DNA of 34,172 nucleotides from positions 1 to 34,172 of IMG/VR virus record IMGVR_UViG_3300005573_000206; one strand, written 5' to 3'. The notes beneath the pieces were generated by a model. The model worked only from the letters and a program-made list of their open reading frames with translations. It was not told where the DNA came from and did no database searches. The DNA is from a virus (Duplodnaviria > Caudoviricetes). The position numbers were made by a program, and so were the translations under genes. Positions 1-9,110 of this stretch are shown piece by piece (position 1 is the stretch's first letter; the number at the start of each line of letters is the position of its first letter).

Positions 1-17
1 TCCTCGGAGATGTCCTA

Positions 18-1274
18 ATGGACTGGCTGAAGGTTCTCTTGGCCTATAACCCATACCTTATCTGGACGCCCCGCAGAGGCATCATAGCTGGGCCATGGGC
101 AGGCCGCCAGCCGACGTTCACCCGCGCTACCGCGAAATATTCCCTCGGAGATGATGGTCTCTATCGGCTCCTGCCTGCTGGCGCACTTGACCCCTATGGG
201 GTCCATAATGCAACCACGAACCTGGCATTCCGTTCCATGCAGTTCAACCAAGACCTCTCCCAGATGGCTGCTACTGCATTGTCTGATGGTCCTATAGTTG
301 GTAAGACCGCCTATAATCTGGCAGATAATGCTGTTTCCGGTGAGCACTATCGAGGGATATCGAGCAATGGCAGTCTTCCTGCCAGTACTATAGTTTCCTG
401 CTGGATAGTTCGGAAGCCCAGTGCAAACCCGATAACCTACTTCAGGCTCGAAGCTGCTGATTCCGCCTATACTACTGTAATGCGGGCCATATTTACTTGG
501 GATGCCAGTGGCAAGCCTCAGTTCGACTCATGGAATAACGTTGGCTCCCCATCTCCATCTCTGCTTGGCATCCGTCAACTGGCCAACGGTTGGTGGGCGA
601 TATATATCCGATGGACTAATGCCACTGCGTCTACGCTCGCTCAGCGAATTCAGACTCTGGATGGCAGCAAGAACGCAAGCTATGCTGGTCCCCTCGGCTC
701 AATAGACTGTGCCTATTGGGGTTCATGGTCGCACGGAGCAATGACCTATTCAGACATCCCTCCCATAGAAACCAATGACTCATCTGCAACATGCAATGGT
801 GATAGCGTCAACCTACCATCTGGTCTCACACAATATCTCACGAGGCCGTTCACCATGCTGGCCGTAGCTGATAGGCTCACGCCATCTGCTGGCTTTTACA
901 ACGTCTGCGCTTCTATCTTCTGGGCATATAGTGCAGATTATGTTAGTCATACTCTTTCCTATGGAAATCGCATAGATACCGATGTGTATATTAATTCAAA
1001 GCGGGCTAGGGTATATACCGGTAATATCTATGACTATGACTCTCTCATCTGCCATGCATCAACCTATAAGCCCAACGAACTGGTGGTGGCTGGCAATGGC
1101 TCCATCATAGGCACTAGTACCTCCTGTGATTCAATGCCCTCAGCTAACGGTAATATATCTATTGGCTCTAGTGGCGCAGAAGGCAGTCGTATCCGCCTTG
1201 CAGTCATTCTGCCTTGGCTGCCGAAGGACGAGCTGGTCCGACTCACGGGCCTGCTGTCGAGGGTAGCGGCATGA
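18..1274 (+). CDS. Fibre/spike protein with probable lectin (LamG/ConA-like) domains; putative receptor-binding protein
   Basis: TFTRAT and TNLAFRS motifs, RQLANGWW, and a C-terminal RIRLAVILP..L.KDELVRLT pattern typical of phage fibre lectin modules; Ser/Gly/Asn/Tyr-rich; GGAG RBS; TAATG overlap with a truncated upstream gene. Confidence 0.6.
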   Translation: MDWLKVLLAYNPYLIWTPRRGIIAGPWAGRQPTFTRATAKYSLGDDGLYRLLPAGALDPYGVHNATTNLAFRSMQFNQDLSQMAATALSDGPIVGKTAYNLADNAVSGEHYRGISSNGSLPASTIVSCWIVRKPSANPITYFRLEAADSAYTTVMRAIFTWDASGKPQFDSWNNVGSPSPSLLGIRQLANGWWAIYIRWTNATASTLAQRIQTLDGSKNASYAGPLGSIDCAYWGSWSHGAMTYSDIPPIETNDSSATCNGDSVNLPSGLTQYLTRPFTMLAVADRLTPSAGFYNVCASIFWAYSADYVSHTLSYGNRIDTDVYINSKRARVYTGNIYDYDSLICHASTYKPNELVVAGNGSIIGTSTSCDSMPSANGNISIGSSGAEGSRIRLAVILPWLPKDELVRLTGLLSRVAA

Positions 1275-1510
1275 ACGATATTCTGGTCCTTACGGAATCT
1301 CCCAGCCTGCTCCTCAAGGTCTGCGAGCGAAATGGCGAGCCTCAGGCTTCTAAATCAATTCATGCTATCGGCCATAGCCGATATGCCGTCTTCCTCCGCG
1401 TAAGCGATGGCCTTCTGGACCTTCTCGAAAAGACCGACATCGAGGTCCTGAGGGATTTTGGCAAAGTCCCGGAGGACATATTTCCGGAGCTTCTTCGGAA
1501 GATGGAGTGA
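1271..1510 (+). CDS. Small hypothetical protein (possible fibre chaperone), paralogue of the next gene
   Basis: ATGA overlap with the fibre stop favours a start at 1271; shares the EVL...VPEDI motif with 1513..1812. Confidence 0.6.
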   Translation: MNDILVLTESPSLLLKVCERNGEPQASKSIHAIGHSRYAVFLRVSDGLLDLLEKTDIEVLRDFGKVPEDIFPELLRKME

Positions 1511-1512
1511 AC

Positions 1513-1812
1513 ATGTGGATTCTGACAACCAATCCTGAGAAAGTCAAGAGCATCATGGAGGCCCATGGCCATTCTATGGACTGGCCGTCTACGACCTTTA
1601 ACACGTCCAAGGGCACTCTTATGCTCATTCTAGCCGATGACCAAACCTCTGGTATCATTGCTGCTATGGATGAAGTCCTGTCAGTCTGGCACAACTACGC
1701 TGATGTGCCTGAGGACATAGCTGGGCCGGTTGAGCCTGTTGTGGAATCCGGTCGGATTCCAGAGAGGAGGGAAGGATGCGAAGCTGGAGAACAACCGTCT
1801 GTGGGGTCCTGA
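1513..1812 (+). CDS. Small hypothetical protein, paralogue of 1271..1510
   Basis: GGAG RBS before ATG 1513; shared ILT..P and EVL...VPEDI motifs. Confidence 0.6.
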   Translation: MWILTTNPEKVKSIMEAHGHSMDWPSTTFNTSKGTLMLILADDQTSGIIAAMDEVLSVWHNYADVPEDIAGPVEPVVESGRIPERREGCEAGEQPSVGS

Positions 1813-1976
1813 GCATCATTGCTGCCGGCATTACTCTCATAGCTATTCCGCTGCTTGATGCCGACCCCGGTACTATGCCCAATTGGAGCGCCTTTGGCGT
1901 AGCCGCTGTTGCAGGCATTGGCCTTATCTTTGCCCGTGACAATAATAAGTCCTCTGAGGACGTAGGCATCAAATGA
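1776..1976 (+). CDS. Holin-like protein with two transmembrane helices
   Basis: 66 aa, two hydrophobic segments, basic N-terminus, charged C-terminal tail, strong GGAGG RBS, adjacent to a spanin-like pair. Confidence 0.7.
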   Translation: MRSWRTTVCGVLSIIAAGITLIAIPLLDADPGTMPNWSAFGVAAVAGIGLIFARDNNKSSEDVGIK

Positions 1977-2215
1977 TAGCGAAGGCCATAGGCCAGTTCT
2001 TGGGAGCCGTCCTTGCAGAATGTGCTCCAGTCTTGGTGGGGATTCTAGCTTATGCTATCCGCGAAGCGATGTCGGATACTGTCGAAGACAGTCCTGCTGA
2101 TGATGCTCTCAAGCAGCGTCTTCGTGAGCGGTTGCGTGCGTACTATTCTGGTCCCTCCGGGAACTCCGGTTCGCCTTCGGGCACCAGTGAGGGCCAAAAT
2201 CTGGGTCAGGGGTAA
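1973..2215 (+). CDS. Putative i-spanin (Rz-like)
   Basis: N-terminal hydrophobic helix followed by a short helical segment; overlapped in the +1 frame by a lipoprotein gene. Confidence 0.5.
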   Translation: MIAKAIGQFLGAVLAECAPVLVGILAYAIREAMSDTVEDSPADDALKQRLRERLRAYYSGPSGNSGSPSGTSEGQNLGQG

Positions 2216-2282
2216 GGATGGAGTCGAAGTCCCCTCGGAAGCTGTGCTTCCCGAAGGGTGGTACTGTATAGGGCCTGAATGA
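2052..2282 (+). CDS. Putative o-spanin lipoprotein (Rz1-like)
   Basis: Basic n-region, hydrophobic h-region, lipobox VSG-C (Cys codon 2133-2135), Pro-rich mature part; overlapped-spanin architecture. Confidence 0.62.
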   Translation: MLSAKRCRILSKTVLLMMLSSSVFVSGCVRTILVPPGTPVRLRAPVRAKIWVRGKDGVEVPSEAVLPEGWYCIGPE

Positions 2283-2593
2283 TGAGTGAATCCGAGATTC
2301 GTCATGAGTTGTCGCTCCTTCGGGAGGAAATGTCCTCCCGCTTCTCAGAACTTACCGACTTGCTGGAGAGGCGGAATCAGCTTTGCTTGGAGCATTCAAA
2401 GATTCTTGCGAAGCATGAAGCTCTGCTGGGCAACGGGAATACCCTTGGCAAGGCCCTGATGAAGCTCATAGCCATCATAGGCACAATCGTGAGTATTCTG
2501 GCCGCAGGCTTCATAGGCATGAAAATTACGGAGGCTGGCCATGCTAAGACGAGTGAAGGGCGGGTGGGTGGTAGTTCATTGTCACGGTCGTGA
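2279..2593 (+). CDS. Coiled-coil protein with a C-terminal transmembrane helix (holin/XhlA-like membrane protein)
   Basis: Heptad-rich N-terminus and one hydrophobic segment (LIAIIGTIVSILAAGFIGM); ATGA coupling. Confidence 0.5.
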   Translation: MMSESEIRHELSLLREEMSSRFSELTDLLERRNQLCLEHSKILAKHEALLGNGNTLGKALMKLIAIIGTIVSILAAGFIGMKITEAGHAKTSEGRVGGSSLSRS

Positions 2594-2690
2594 TGCTGGC
2601 AAGTGGATTACGAAGCATCCGGTCTCGAAGGCCAAGGCCCTCTCCATCCATAGGGCCATAGAGGCTAGCAAGGCTCGGAGGGGCAGATGA
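2541..2690 (+). CDS. 49-aa basic hypothetical protein (not in the ORF track)
   Basis: GGAGG at 2530-2534, ATG 2541, MLRRVKGGWVVVHCHGRDAGKWITKHPVSKAKALSIHRAIEASKARRGR; stop overlaps the TerS ATG (ATGA). Confidence 0.7.
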   Translation: MLRRVKGGWVVVHCHGRDAGKWITKHPVSKAKALSIHRAIEASKARRGR

Positions 2691-3085
2691 GGAATAGTCG
2701 TATCATAGACCTGTGGCTTGAAGGTCGGAATAAGACTGCCATAGCTCAGGAGCTTGGCATATCACCCTCAACTGTCAGCCGGGTTCTCTCCTCACCTCTG
2801 GCGCAGGCCGAGATAGCTCGCAGGGCCAAGAGGCGGACCGAGAAGCTGGATGATGAATACGCAGTAAGGATAGACAATGCCCGTAAGATTCTTTTGGGAG
2901 CTGTTGAGGAGGCTGCCCAGAAGCAGACTGAGCTTCTGAAGAATCAGGACCCCCGTGTTCAGCAACGTGCGGCTGATGCCATTCTCGACAGGGTTCTGGG
3001 GAATGAGCCTAAGCCTCAGTCGGCTTCACTGGATGAGGAGCATATCAAGCTTCTCATAACGGCCTTCAGGGAAAGTCATGGATAA
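2687..3085 (+). CDS. terS: Terminase small subunit (HTH)
   Basis: N-terminal HTH (KTAIAQELGISPSTVSRVL), AADAILDR motif, directly upstream of TerL. Confidence 0.75.
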   Translation: MRNSRIIDLWLEGRNKTAIAQELGISPSTVSRVLSSPLAQAEIARRAKRRTEKLDDEYAVRIDNARKILLGAVEEAAQKQTELLKNQDPRVQQRAADAILDRVLGNEPKPQSASLDEEHIKLLITAFRESHG

Positions 3086-4544
3086 CATCGAAGATGTCCG
3101 AAGGATGGCTCTGGACGACCTCTACTTCTTCGCCAAAGGGGTCTTGAAGAATTACCGTCTTACTCCATCCCTGCATCTGCCCATATGCCGCATGCTGGAG
3201 GGTGATGGGAATCGGTTCCTCTTTGTTCTGCCCAGAGGCTTCCTGAAGACCACCCTCATAAGCCAGGCTTATCCGCTCTGGGCTGCCGTCCGGAATCCTG
3301 ATATTCGGATTCTTCTGGCCCAGAATACCTATAGCAACGCTGTTAAGAAGCTGAGGACTATCCGGAACATCATTGAGACCAACGACTTCTTCCGAACTCT
3401 ATTCCCAGAAGTCCTTCCGGATGAGACCTGCATCTGGAAGACTGACAGCCTTCAACTGAAGCGTAAAGGATCATTCTCCGAAGGAACCTTCGAGGCTGGG
3501 GGTATCCGGACGCAGGTCGTCTCCCGCCATTATGACATCATCATCGAAGATGATACGGTCAGCCCTGAGCAGGACCAGATGGGTGGGGTGAATATCATTC
3601 CCGACAGGGAGGATATTGAGAAAGCCATCGGCTATCATCGCCTCGTTACTCCATTGCTAACCAGCTTCTCGAAGGGCCGTATCATCGTGGTCGGAACCCG
3701 ATGGTTCGAGGATGACCTCATATCATGGATTCAGAAGAATGAGCAGTATTACAGGGTCTATGAGCGAAAGGCTATCGAAGACGATAAGCCTACGTATCCG
3801 GAGCAGTATCCTCTTGAGACTCTTGACCAAATCAGGCAGTCCCTTGGACCGTATATGTTCAACTGCCTCTATCTGAACCAGCCGACTCGGTCCGAGGACA
3901 TGGTTTTCAAGCCTGAGTGGATTCAATATTATGAGAATCCACCTACGGTGGACCCTGTTATAACTGTGGACCTTGCCGGTGATCCTGCTGTTCAACGGTC
4001 AAGCTCCGACTATAACGTAGTTATGGTAGCTGGTAAGGACTATAGCACCGGCCGGCTTTATGTCCTCGATTACTGGCGTGAACGCTGTGGTCCGGGCCCT
4101 GTTGTAGACGCCATATTCCAGCTTGCTGAGAGGTGGAACTGCAAGCGAGTGGCTATTGAATCCATAGGATATCAGGCCAGCATGCACTACTGGTTGAAGG
4201 AGCAGATGATGGGCCGTGGGCAATGGTTCGTCATAGAACCTCTCCGGTCCTCCCATAGGTCGAAGAACAGCAGGATTCTGGGTCTTCAGCCCTGCTTTGC
4301 ATCAGGAACTATGTTCGTCAGAACATGGATGAAGGACCTTGTCTCTGAGCTTCTGGCCTTCCCGTCGGGAACTCATGATGACCTGATAGATGCACTGGCG
4401 TATCAGCTTGAGTTCCATAGGCCATCGGCCAAGGTGCAGGAGAAGAAGAAGGCCAGGCTTGACCCATTCTCGCTGGAGGCTGCCATTGAGGAGCTTAGGG
4501 GGAAGTCTAAGAGGCATCATGCCTTATATTGGAGTACCTTATGA
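3078..4544 (+). CDS. terL: Terminase large subunit
   Basis: Walker A-like PRGFLKTT, Walker B IIIEDD, coupling motif VGTRW, nuclease motifs VDLA, SDY and HDDLIDALAY. Confidence 0.95.
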   Translation: MDNIEDVRRMALDDLYFFAKGVLKNYRLTPSLHLPICRMLEGDGNRFLFVLPRGFLKTTLISQAYPLWAAVRNPDIRILLAQNTYSNAVKKLRTIRNIIETNDFFRTLFPEVLPDETCIWKTDSLQLKRKGSFSEGTFEAGGIRTQVVSRHYDIIIEDDTVSPEQDQMGGVNIIPDREDIEKAIGYHRLVTPLLTSFSKGRIIVVGTRWFEDDLISWIQKNEQYYRVYERKAIEDDKPTYPEQYPLETLDQIRQSLGPYMFNCLYLNQPTRSEDMVFKPEWIQYYENPPTVDPVITVDLAGDPAVQRSSSDYNVVMVAGKDYSTGRLYVLDYWRERCGPGPVVDAIFQLAERWNCKRVAIESIGYQASMHYWLKEQMMGRGQWFVIEPLRSSHRSKNSRILGLQPCFASGTMFVRTWMKDLVSELLAFPSGTHDDLIDALAYQLEFHRPSAKVQEKKKARLDPFSLEAAIEELRGKSKRHHALYWSTL

Positions 4545-6238
4545 AGAACCGTGAGTGGCTTGAGAACATTGAGCATGGCAAAAACTTCCGCAAGAGGTTT
4601 GGGAAGGAGAATCAGTGGAATAGGCTTGAGGACCTGTTCTATGGGACTGACAGGAATCAGGACCATGAGGGTCCGAACCTCATAGCCAGCACCGGTGATT
4701 CCCTGCTGAGTCAGCTCTGTATTCAGTACCCATATATCATAGTCAAGCCTGCCGACTATCAGTCTGTCAAGACCGCACCCATATTGGAGGCTGTTGATAA
4801 CCAGCTCATCGAAGATATGCGCCTCTATCCGGAGATAGAGAATGCTATCCTTAATGCCTACCTCTTCGGGACAGGATTCCTGAAGGTCGGTTATGACTCC
4901 GAATGGGGTTTTGATACCGAATTTGATGCCGGAGGCGGTGAAGCTGAGATTGGCATGTCCCTGACGCAATTCGGGAAGAAGGGCAAGAGGCTGGAATTCG
5001 ATGCTCGGATAAAGCCTGGCATGCCGTGGGTAAAGTCCGTGTCGCCTCGCGATATCATAGTCCCGTGGGGAACCAGAACTCTCTATGATGTTGAGTGGAT
5101 AGCCCATAGGTGTGTCCGTCGGTTTGACAGCCTTAGGGAGGACCCGAAGTATAATGTCAAGGGCATGTCTCCGACTCTCAGCCTCGCTGAGGCCATAGGT
5201 GCGACTACCGTAGATGACAGGCAGAAGGAATACCTTGAGTTCTATGAAATCCACGATGTGACCAATGGCATGATAATCTGCGTAGCACCCGACTTCCCTG
5301 ATATCAAGATGCGTGAGCAGGAGAGTGTTCTATACGAGGCTGGATATCATCCCTTCGTGGCTATATCCTTTGTCCCATCCACGAAGTCAATATGGGTTCC
5401 GTCGGATGCCTTTAGGCTTCTGAATGAGCAGGCCGAGCTGCTGGATATCTGCAACACGTTGTGCAAACAGCGCAGGCTTTCGAACCTGCGGTTCTTCTAT
5501 GATAAGACGAGGTTGACGCAGGAGGAGGTGGATAACTTCATCGAGGGTGAGGCCGGCATAGCCTTTGGCATTGATGGGGGCCTTAGGGATGCCATTATAC
5601 CGCTGACGCCCCCGAATAACAATATGATTCTCCAGCAGGAGGCTGAATATGTCCGGCGGAATGCCCGCGAGGTGGTTGGCCTTAGCCGGAACCAATTTGG
5701 TGAATACGAAGTAACTGGTCGGAGGACGGCCTATGAGGCGGCCATAGTCCAGCGCGGAAGCGAGACGAGACTTTCCCGCAGGGAAGGCTTGATTTCCCGG
5801 ACATACGGTGATATATTTGCTAAGGTGAACAGTTTGATTTTCAAATTCTGGTCGCTTCCGAGGTTCGTGCAGGTGGCCCGTGACGATTGGAGGCCGGTCA
5901 TAGGGCAGGAGCTGAAGGGGACGTATAACTACAAGATACGGCTTGCCACAGAAGCAGTAGCCTCGCAGGAGCAGAGGAAGAATGCAGCCATGCAGCTCTA
6001 TATGCTCCTGAGTCGGGACCCAAGCATGGACCCCATCAAGCTGCGTGAACTTGTGGCTAATGCCGTAGGCGAGGACTTGAACCTTGGTGAGGTATTTTCA
6101 GATGCCGCTTTACGAATTCAGATGTCAATGCGGGGAGCAGGTGGAAATTCCCAGCAGGGAACCTCCCAAGTGCCGGTGCGGCCGGATAATGGAGAGGGTG
6201 TTCTCAATTCCGGTGGTAATCAGCAAGGGGCCGGGTAG
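4541..6238 (+). CDS. Portal protein
   Basis: About 565 aa after TerL; GTGFLKVGYD, V.P.DI.V and RRTAYEA motifs of P22-like portals; GGAG RBS and ATGA coupling at 4541. Confidence 0.88.
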   Translation: MKNREWLENIEHGKNFRKRFGKENQWNRLEDLFYGTDRNQDHEGPNLIASTGDSLLSQLCIQYPYIIVKPADYQSVKTAPILEAVDNQLIEDMRLYPEIENAILNAYLFGTGFLKVGYDSEWGFDTEFDAGGGEAEIGMSLTQFGKKGKRLEFDARIKPGMPWVKSVSPRDIIVPWGTRTLYDVEWIAHRCVRRFDSLREDPKYNVKGMSPTLSLAEAIGATTVDDRQKEYLEFYEIHDVTNGMIICVAPDFPDIKMREQESVLYEAGYHPFVAISFVPSTKSIWVPSDAFRLLNEQAELLDICNTLCKQRRLSNLRFFYDKTRLTQEEVDNFIEGEAGIAFGIDGGLRDAIIPLTPPNNNMILQQEAEYVRRNAREVVGLSRNQFGEYEVTGRRTAYEAAIVQRGSETRLSRREGLISRTYGDIFAKVNSLIFKFWSLPRFVQVARDDWRPVIGQELKGTYNYKIRLATEAVASQEQRKNAAMQLYMLLSRDPSMDPIKLRELVANAVGEDLNLGEVFSDAALRIQMSMRGAGGNSQQGTSQVPVRPDNGEGVLNSGGNQQGAG

Positions 6239-6386
6239 AAAGGATAGGGCGGTAAGATGGCCATTGACGCTGGAAAATCTGGGGCCGGAGCCCATGACGT
6301 TCCGGTCAAGCAGGGAGCTTCGAGACTTCAAGAAGAAGTACGAGGAGGAGCACAGGTGCCAGCTTACTCTCGGTGCCCTGGATTGA
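6102..6386 (+). CDS. FmdB-like zinc-ribbon protein
   Basis: MPLYEFRCQCG...CRCG.IMERVFS signature; GAGGT RBS before ATG 6102. Confidence 0.8.
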   Translation: MPLYEFRCQCGEQVEIPSREPPKCRCGRIMERVFSIPVVISKGPGRKDRAVRWPLTLENLGPEPMTFRSSRELRDFKKKYEEEHRCQLTLGALD

Positions 6387-6535
6387 CGATTTATAAGGCT
6401 GAGACCGGAGAGTGGAAGGTTGAGTGGGAAAGTCTGCCAGCTCCGTCGGAGCTGAAGGCTCTTCAAAGGGCAATAGCCGTGTCGTATGGAAGGGCATTCA
6501 GGTTGAGCAGAAGAAAGGAGAAGTACAATGTCTGA
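6356..6535 (+). CDS. Small hypothetical protein (start uncertain)
   Basis: GAGGAGGAG before GTG 6356, in frame with track ORF 6257..6535; fills the gap to the scaffold gene. Confidence 0.45.
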   Translation: MPAYSRCPGLTIYKAETGEWKVEWESLPAPSELKALQRAIAVSYGRAFRLSRRKEKYNV

Positions 6536-7058
6536 GGACCAGGTTGATCTTGAGAAGCTCTTGAGTGGTGAGCCTTCGGCAGAGGAAAAGCCTCAGCCTC
6601 CGGCCGAAGAGAAGCCTCCGGCTGATGAGAAGCCTAAGGCTGAGGAAAAACCTAAGGAAGAGCCAAAGGCTCAGGAGAAGCCGCAGGATGACATTGAAGC
6701 CCTGCGGCAGACAGTTAAGGAGCTGAAGGAAAAGGTTGAGCTGCTCAAGAAAAAGGATGAGCTTGATGAGGCTGAGAAGGTCAAGCAGGCTGTGGCAGAA
6801 TGCCGGAAGAAGTTCAAGGATTTTGACCTCTTTGGAGAGGACGTGCTTAAGATAGCACACGAAGTGGAGAAAGAGGGCAGGGTTCCATTAAGCTTGGAGG
6901 AGATGTACCTTGTGGCGAAGGCCAGAAGGCAGAGGCAGGGAATGCTGAGGCGCACTGATGAGATCGAGAAGCCTGGGTCTGGAGAAGGGAAGAGAAAGAA
7001 GCAGAACTTCTCAGAAGCGCTTACTTCAGCATTGGAGAAGGTTGAGATAGGAGAATAA
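6528..7058 (+). CDS. Capsid scaffolding protein
   Basis: Highly charged, EKP-repeat disordered N-terminus, coiled coil, immediately upstream of the major capsid gene. Confidence 0.75.
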   Translation: MSEDQVDLEKLLSGEPSAEEKPQPPAEEKPPADEKPKAEEKPKEEPKAQEKPQDDIEALRQTVKELKEKVELLKKKDELDEAEKVKQAVAECRKKFKDFDLFGEDVLKIAHEVEKEGRVPLSLEEMYLVAKARRQRQGMLRRTDEIEKPGSGEGKRKKQNFSEALTSALEKVEIGE

Positions 7059-7061
7059 ACT

Positions 7062-8033
7062 ATGGGTATACCATCGTTTACTACCCAGCTTGACGACCTC
7101 TTCCTGAATACCTGGCTTGAGATTGCCAAGGAGGCGGAGGACGTCGCTTTGGGAGAGCACCCCGTATGGGGCACGCTGAAGGCCAAGGGATGTTTCAAGC
7201 CGCAGGAAGGTGGGGACTACATTACCAGAAGGGTTCGGTACAATCTGCCTGAGACCCAGACGTTCCAGAAGGGTACTCAGTTCACCGCGCAGGACCCGAA
7301 CCTTGAGACGATGGCGATGTGGCCCTTCCGCTTCTGTGGTGTGGACGTGACTCGCTCTGCTACTGATGACAGGGCCAATCGCGGGAAGTACAGGATTAAG
7401 GAATACGTTGCTGAGAAGCTGACGGCTGCCAAAGATGCCCTCAGTGAGCGGTTCGAGGAGAAGGTCTTCCAGACTTTCAACTCCGATGAGTCGGGTACTG
7501 AACCGGCTTCGCTGAATGACATCGTCGCTCCGTATGCCAGCAGGACCACGGGAACTCTTGGCAAGATTGACCGGAGCAATTCGTGGTGGCAGGCGAATTA
7601 TAAGGCTTTCACTACGCCTATTGCTGTCAACCTTGTCAGCGACATGAGGAACCTGTTCAACACTGTGAGTCAGGGAGGGAAGACCGTTCCGGACATCATC
7701 ATATCGAGTCAGAATCTATACGAGATGTACGAGGACTTCGGTGTTGAGGGCGCTCAGATTGTGCTGGCCAGGAATCTGGACCTGTCCTTTGAGACCCAGA
7801 TGTTTAAGGGTGCCATTTGGGTGTGGAGTCCGAATATCAACATAAGCGGGAAGGAGCAGCTTCTGATGCTCAACAGCAAGAAGCTGGAGGTTGTCTATGA
7901 CCCGTCTATGTGGCTGACTCCCACTGAGTGGAAGCCCATACCGGACCAGCTTGAGCGGAGGATGCAGATTGTCTGTGCCTATAATCTTATTACGACTGCT
8001 CCGCACAGGCACGGTAGGCTTTATGAGGCGTAA
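7062..8033 (+). CDS. Major capsid protein (HK97 fold)
   Basis: 323 aa after the scaffold; GG..I...V.Y, TLGKIDRS.SWWQ and PDIII motifs; GGAG RBS. Confidence 0.88.
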   Translation: MGIPSFTTQLDDLFLNTWLEIAKEAEDVALGEHPVWGTLKAKGCFKPQEGGDYITRRVRYNLPETQTFQKGTQFTAQDPNLETMAMWPFRFCGVDVTRSATDDRANRGKYRIKEYVAEKLTAAKDALSERFEEKVFQTFNSDESGTEPASLNDIVAPYASRTTGTLGKIDRSNSWWQANYKAFTTPIAVNLVSDMRNLFNTVSQGGKTVPDIIISSQNLYEMYEDFGVEGAQIVLARNLDLSFETQMFKGAIWVWSPNINISGKEQLLMLNSKKLEVVYDPSMWLTPTEWKPIPDQLERRMQIVCAYNLITTAPHRHGRLYEA

Positions 8034-8045
8034 AGGAGGTGTGAG

Positions 8046-8543
8046 ATGGAGAAGATTGCTCATGTCTGTCCTCTCGGTGGTTCTTCGACTTCTGACCCCT
8101 ATAACGAGGTCGGGACCATCATCGAGATAGGGGGTAAGCGCTATCGCTTCGTGAAGAACGCGGAGTCGTCTGCCACATTGCCCTATAAGGGTGTGTGCTA
8201 CCATGATCCTGATGATGCAGCTTTGACCAATGTCTATCTTCCGTATACGGTGGGGACTGAAGGCCATAACCTCATTGCAGGCATCGTGATGGCGGAGGAT
8301 GGCTTACCTGCTGGTTCCTATGGCTGGGTGCTGGTCTCAGGGGTCTGTACGGCTACGGCTTATGCCAGTGGTCAGGCTATAGCCAAGGGAGACATTCTGC
8401 TTGGCCGTCAGGTTGCCGGTGTAGCGCATCTCTATAAGGATACGGCAGGTGCCGTTCAGGCAACTCCCATTGTGGCCCTGGAAGATCTTACTACTGGTGT
8501 CACTGTAGCTACGGACATAAAGGTGTTCGTGAACATTGTATGA
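8046..8543 (+). CDS. Capsid decoration/cement protein
   Basis: GKRYRFVK and AGSYGWV..SG beta-rich pattern; position after MCP; AAGGAGGT RBS. Confidence 0.65.
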   Translation: MEKIAHVCPLGGSSTSDPYNEVGTIIEIGGKRYRFVKNAESSATLPYKGVCYHDPDDAALTNVYLPYTVGTEGHNLIAGIVMAEDGLPAGSYGWVLVSGVCTATAYASGQAIAKGDILLGRQVAGVAHLYKDTAGAVQATPIVALEDLTTGVTVATDIKVFVNIV

Positions 8544-9100
8544 TAGCAATAGCTATCCCAACCTATGGACCTGTCTCACCATTTATGGTGGGACCATTGC
8601 TCTCTGTAGGAGCTGAAGCACGACTTATTGACAAAGTCGCTGTCCTCCATGTTGACGGAGTCGCTTCGTTCTACCAGGTGAGACAGGTCCTTCTTGAAAA
8701 GGCTCTTTCAGTGGGTGCAGACAGACTTCTATTTATGGATTCAGATGTAATTCCTCCAGCCGGAGGCATCTCGAAGCTGGCTGAGGTCAAGGCTGAGGTT
8801 GTGGCTGGTTTCTATTATAGGCGGAACCCTGAGGTTAAGATTCCGACGTGGAAGAAGGGTAATCAGCCATTCTGGAGTTGCGAACCGGAGGTTGAGATAG
8901 ATGGTTGTGGTATGGGATTCACACTCATAGACCTTCGGTTCGTTAGGGAGCATCTTGGGCCTGATATGTGGGAACCGATTCCGCCTATCATAGGCGAAGA
9001 CTATGCCTTCTGTGAGAGAGTCCGGAGGTCTGGGGGTAAAATCATAGGCCGTGGCGATGTCAGGTGTGGTCATCTGACATGGCATAGAATTGAAGACTAG
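8540..9100 (+). CDS. GT-A fold (family 2-like) glycosyltransferase
   Basis: IAIAIPTYG start, LLFMDSDV (DxD), GCGMGFTLID, GEDYAFC and C-terminal CGH motifs. Confidence 0.85.
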   Translation: MIAIAIPTYGPVSPFMVGPLLSVGAEARLIDKVAVLHVDGVASFYQVRQVLLEKALSVGADRLLFMDSDVIPPAGGISKLAEVKAEVVAGFYYRRNPEVKIPTWKKGNQPFWSCEPEVEIDGCGMGFTLIDLRFVREHLGPDMWEPIPPIIGEDYAFCERVRRSGGKIIGRGDVRCGHLTWHRIED

Positions 9101-9110
9101 GAGGTGCAGG

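Noticed and set aside
18-1274. Fibre C-terminus as a diversity-generating retroelement target
   Set aside because: No reverse transcriptase and no template-repeat copy seen in the window.
4517-5254. Long antisense ORFs (also 6671..7198, 7716..8267, 23887..24405, 32981..33553)
   Set aside because: They lie opposite well-supported genes and show no motifs; treated as shadow ORFs.
6570-6690. GAGAAGCCT-type short repeats
   Set aside because: Explained by the low-complexity EKP repeats of the scaffold protein.
8020-8050. Programmed frameshift or read-through extending the major capsid protein
   Set aside because: No slippery sequence at the TAA; the next gene has its own strong RBS.
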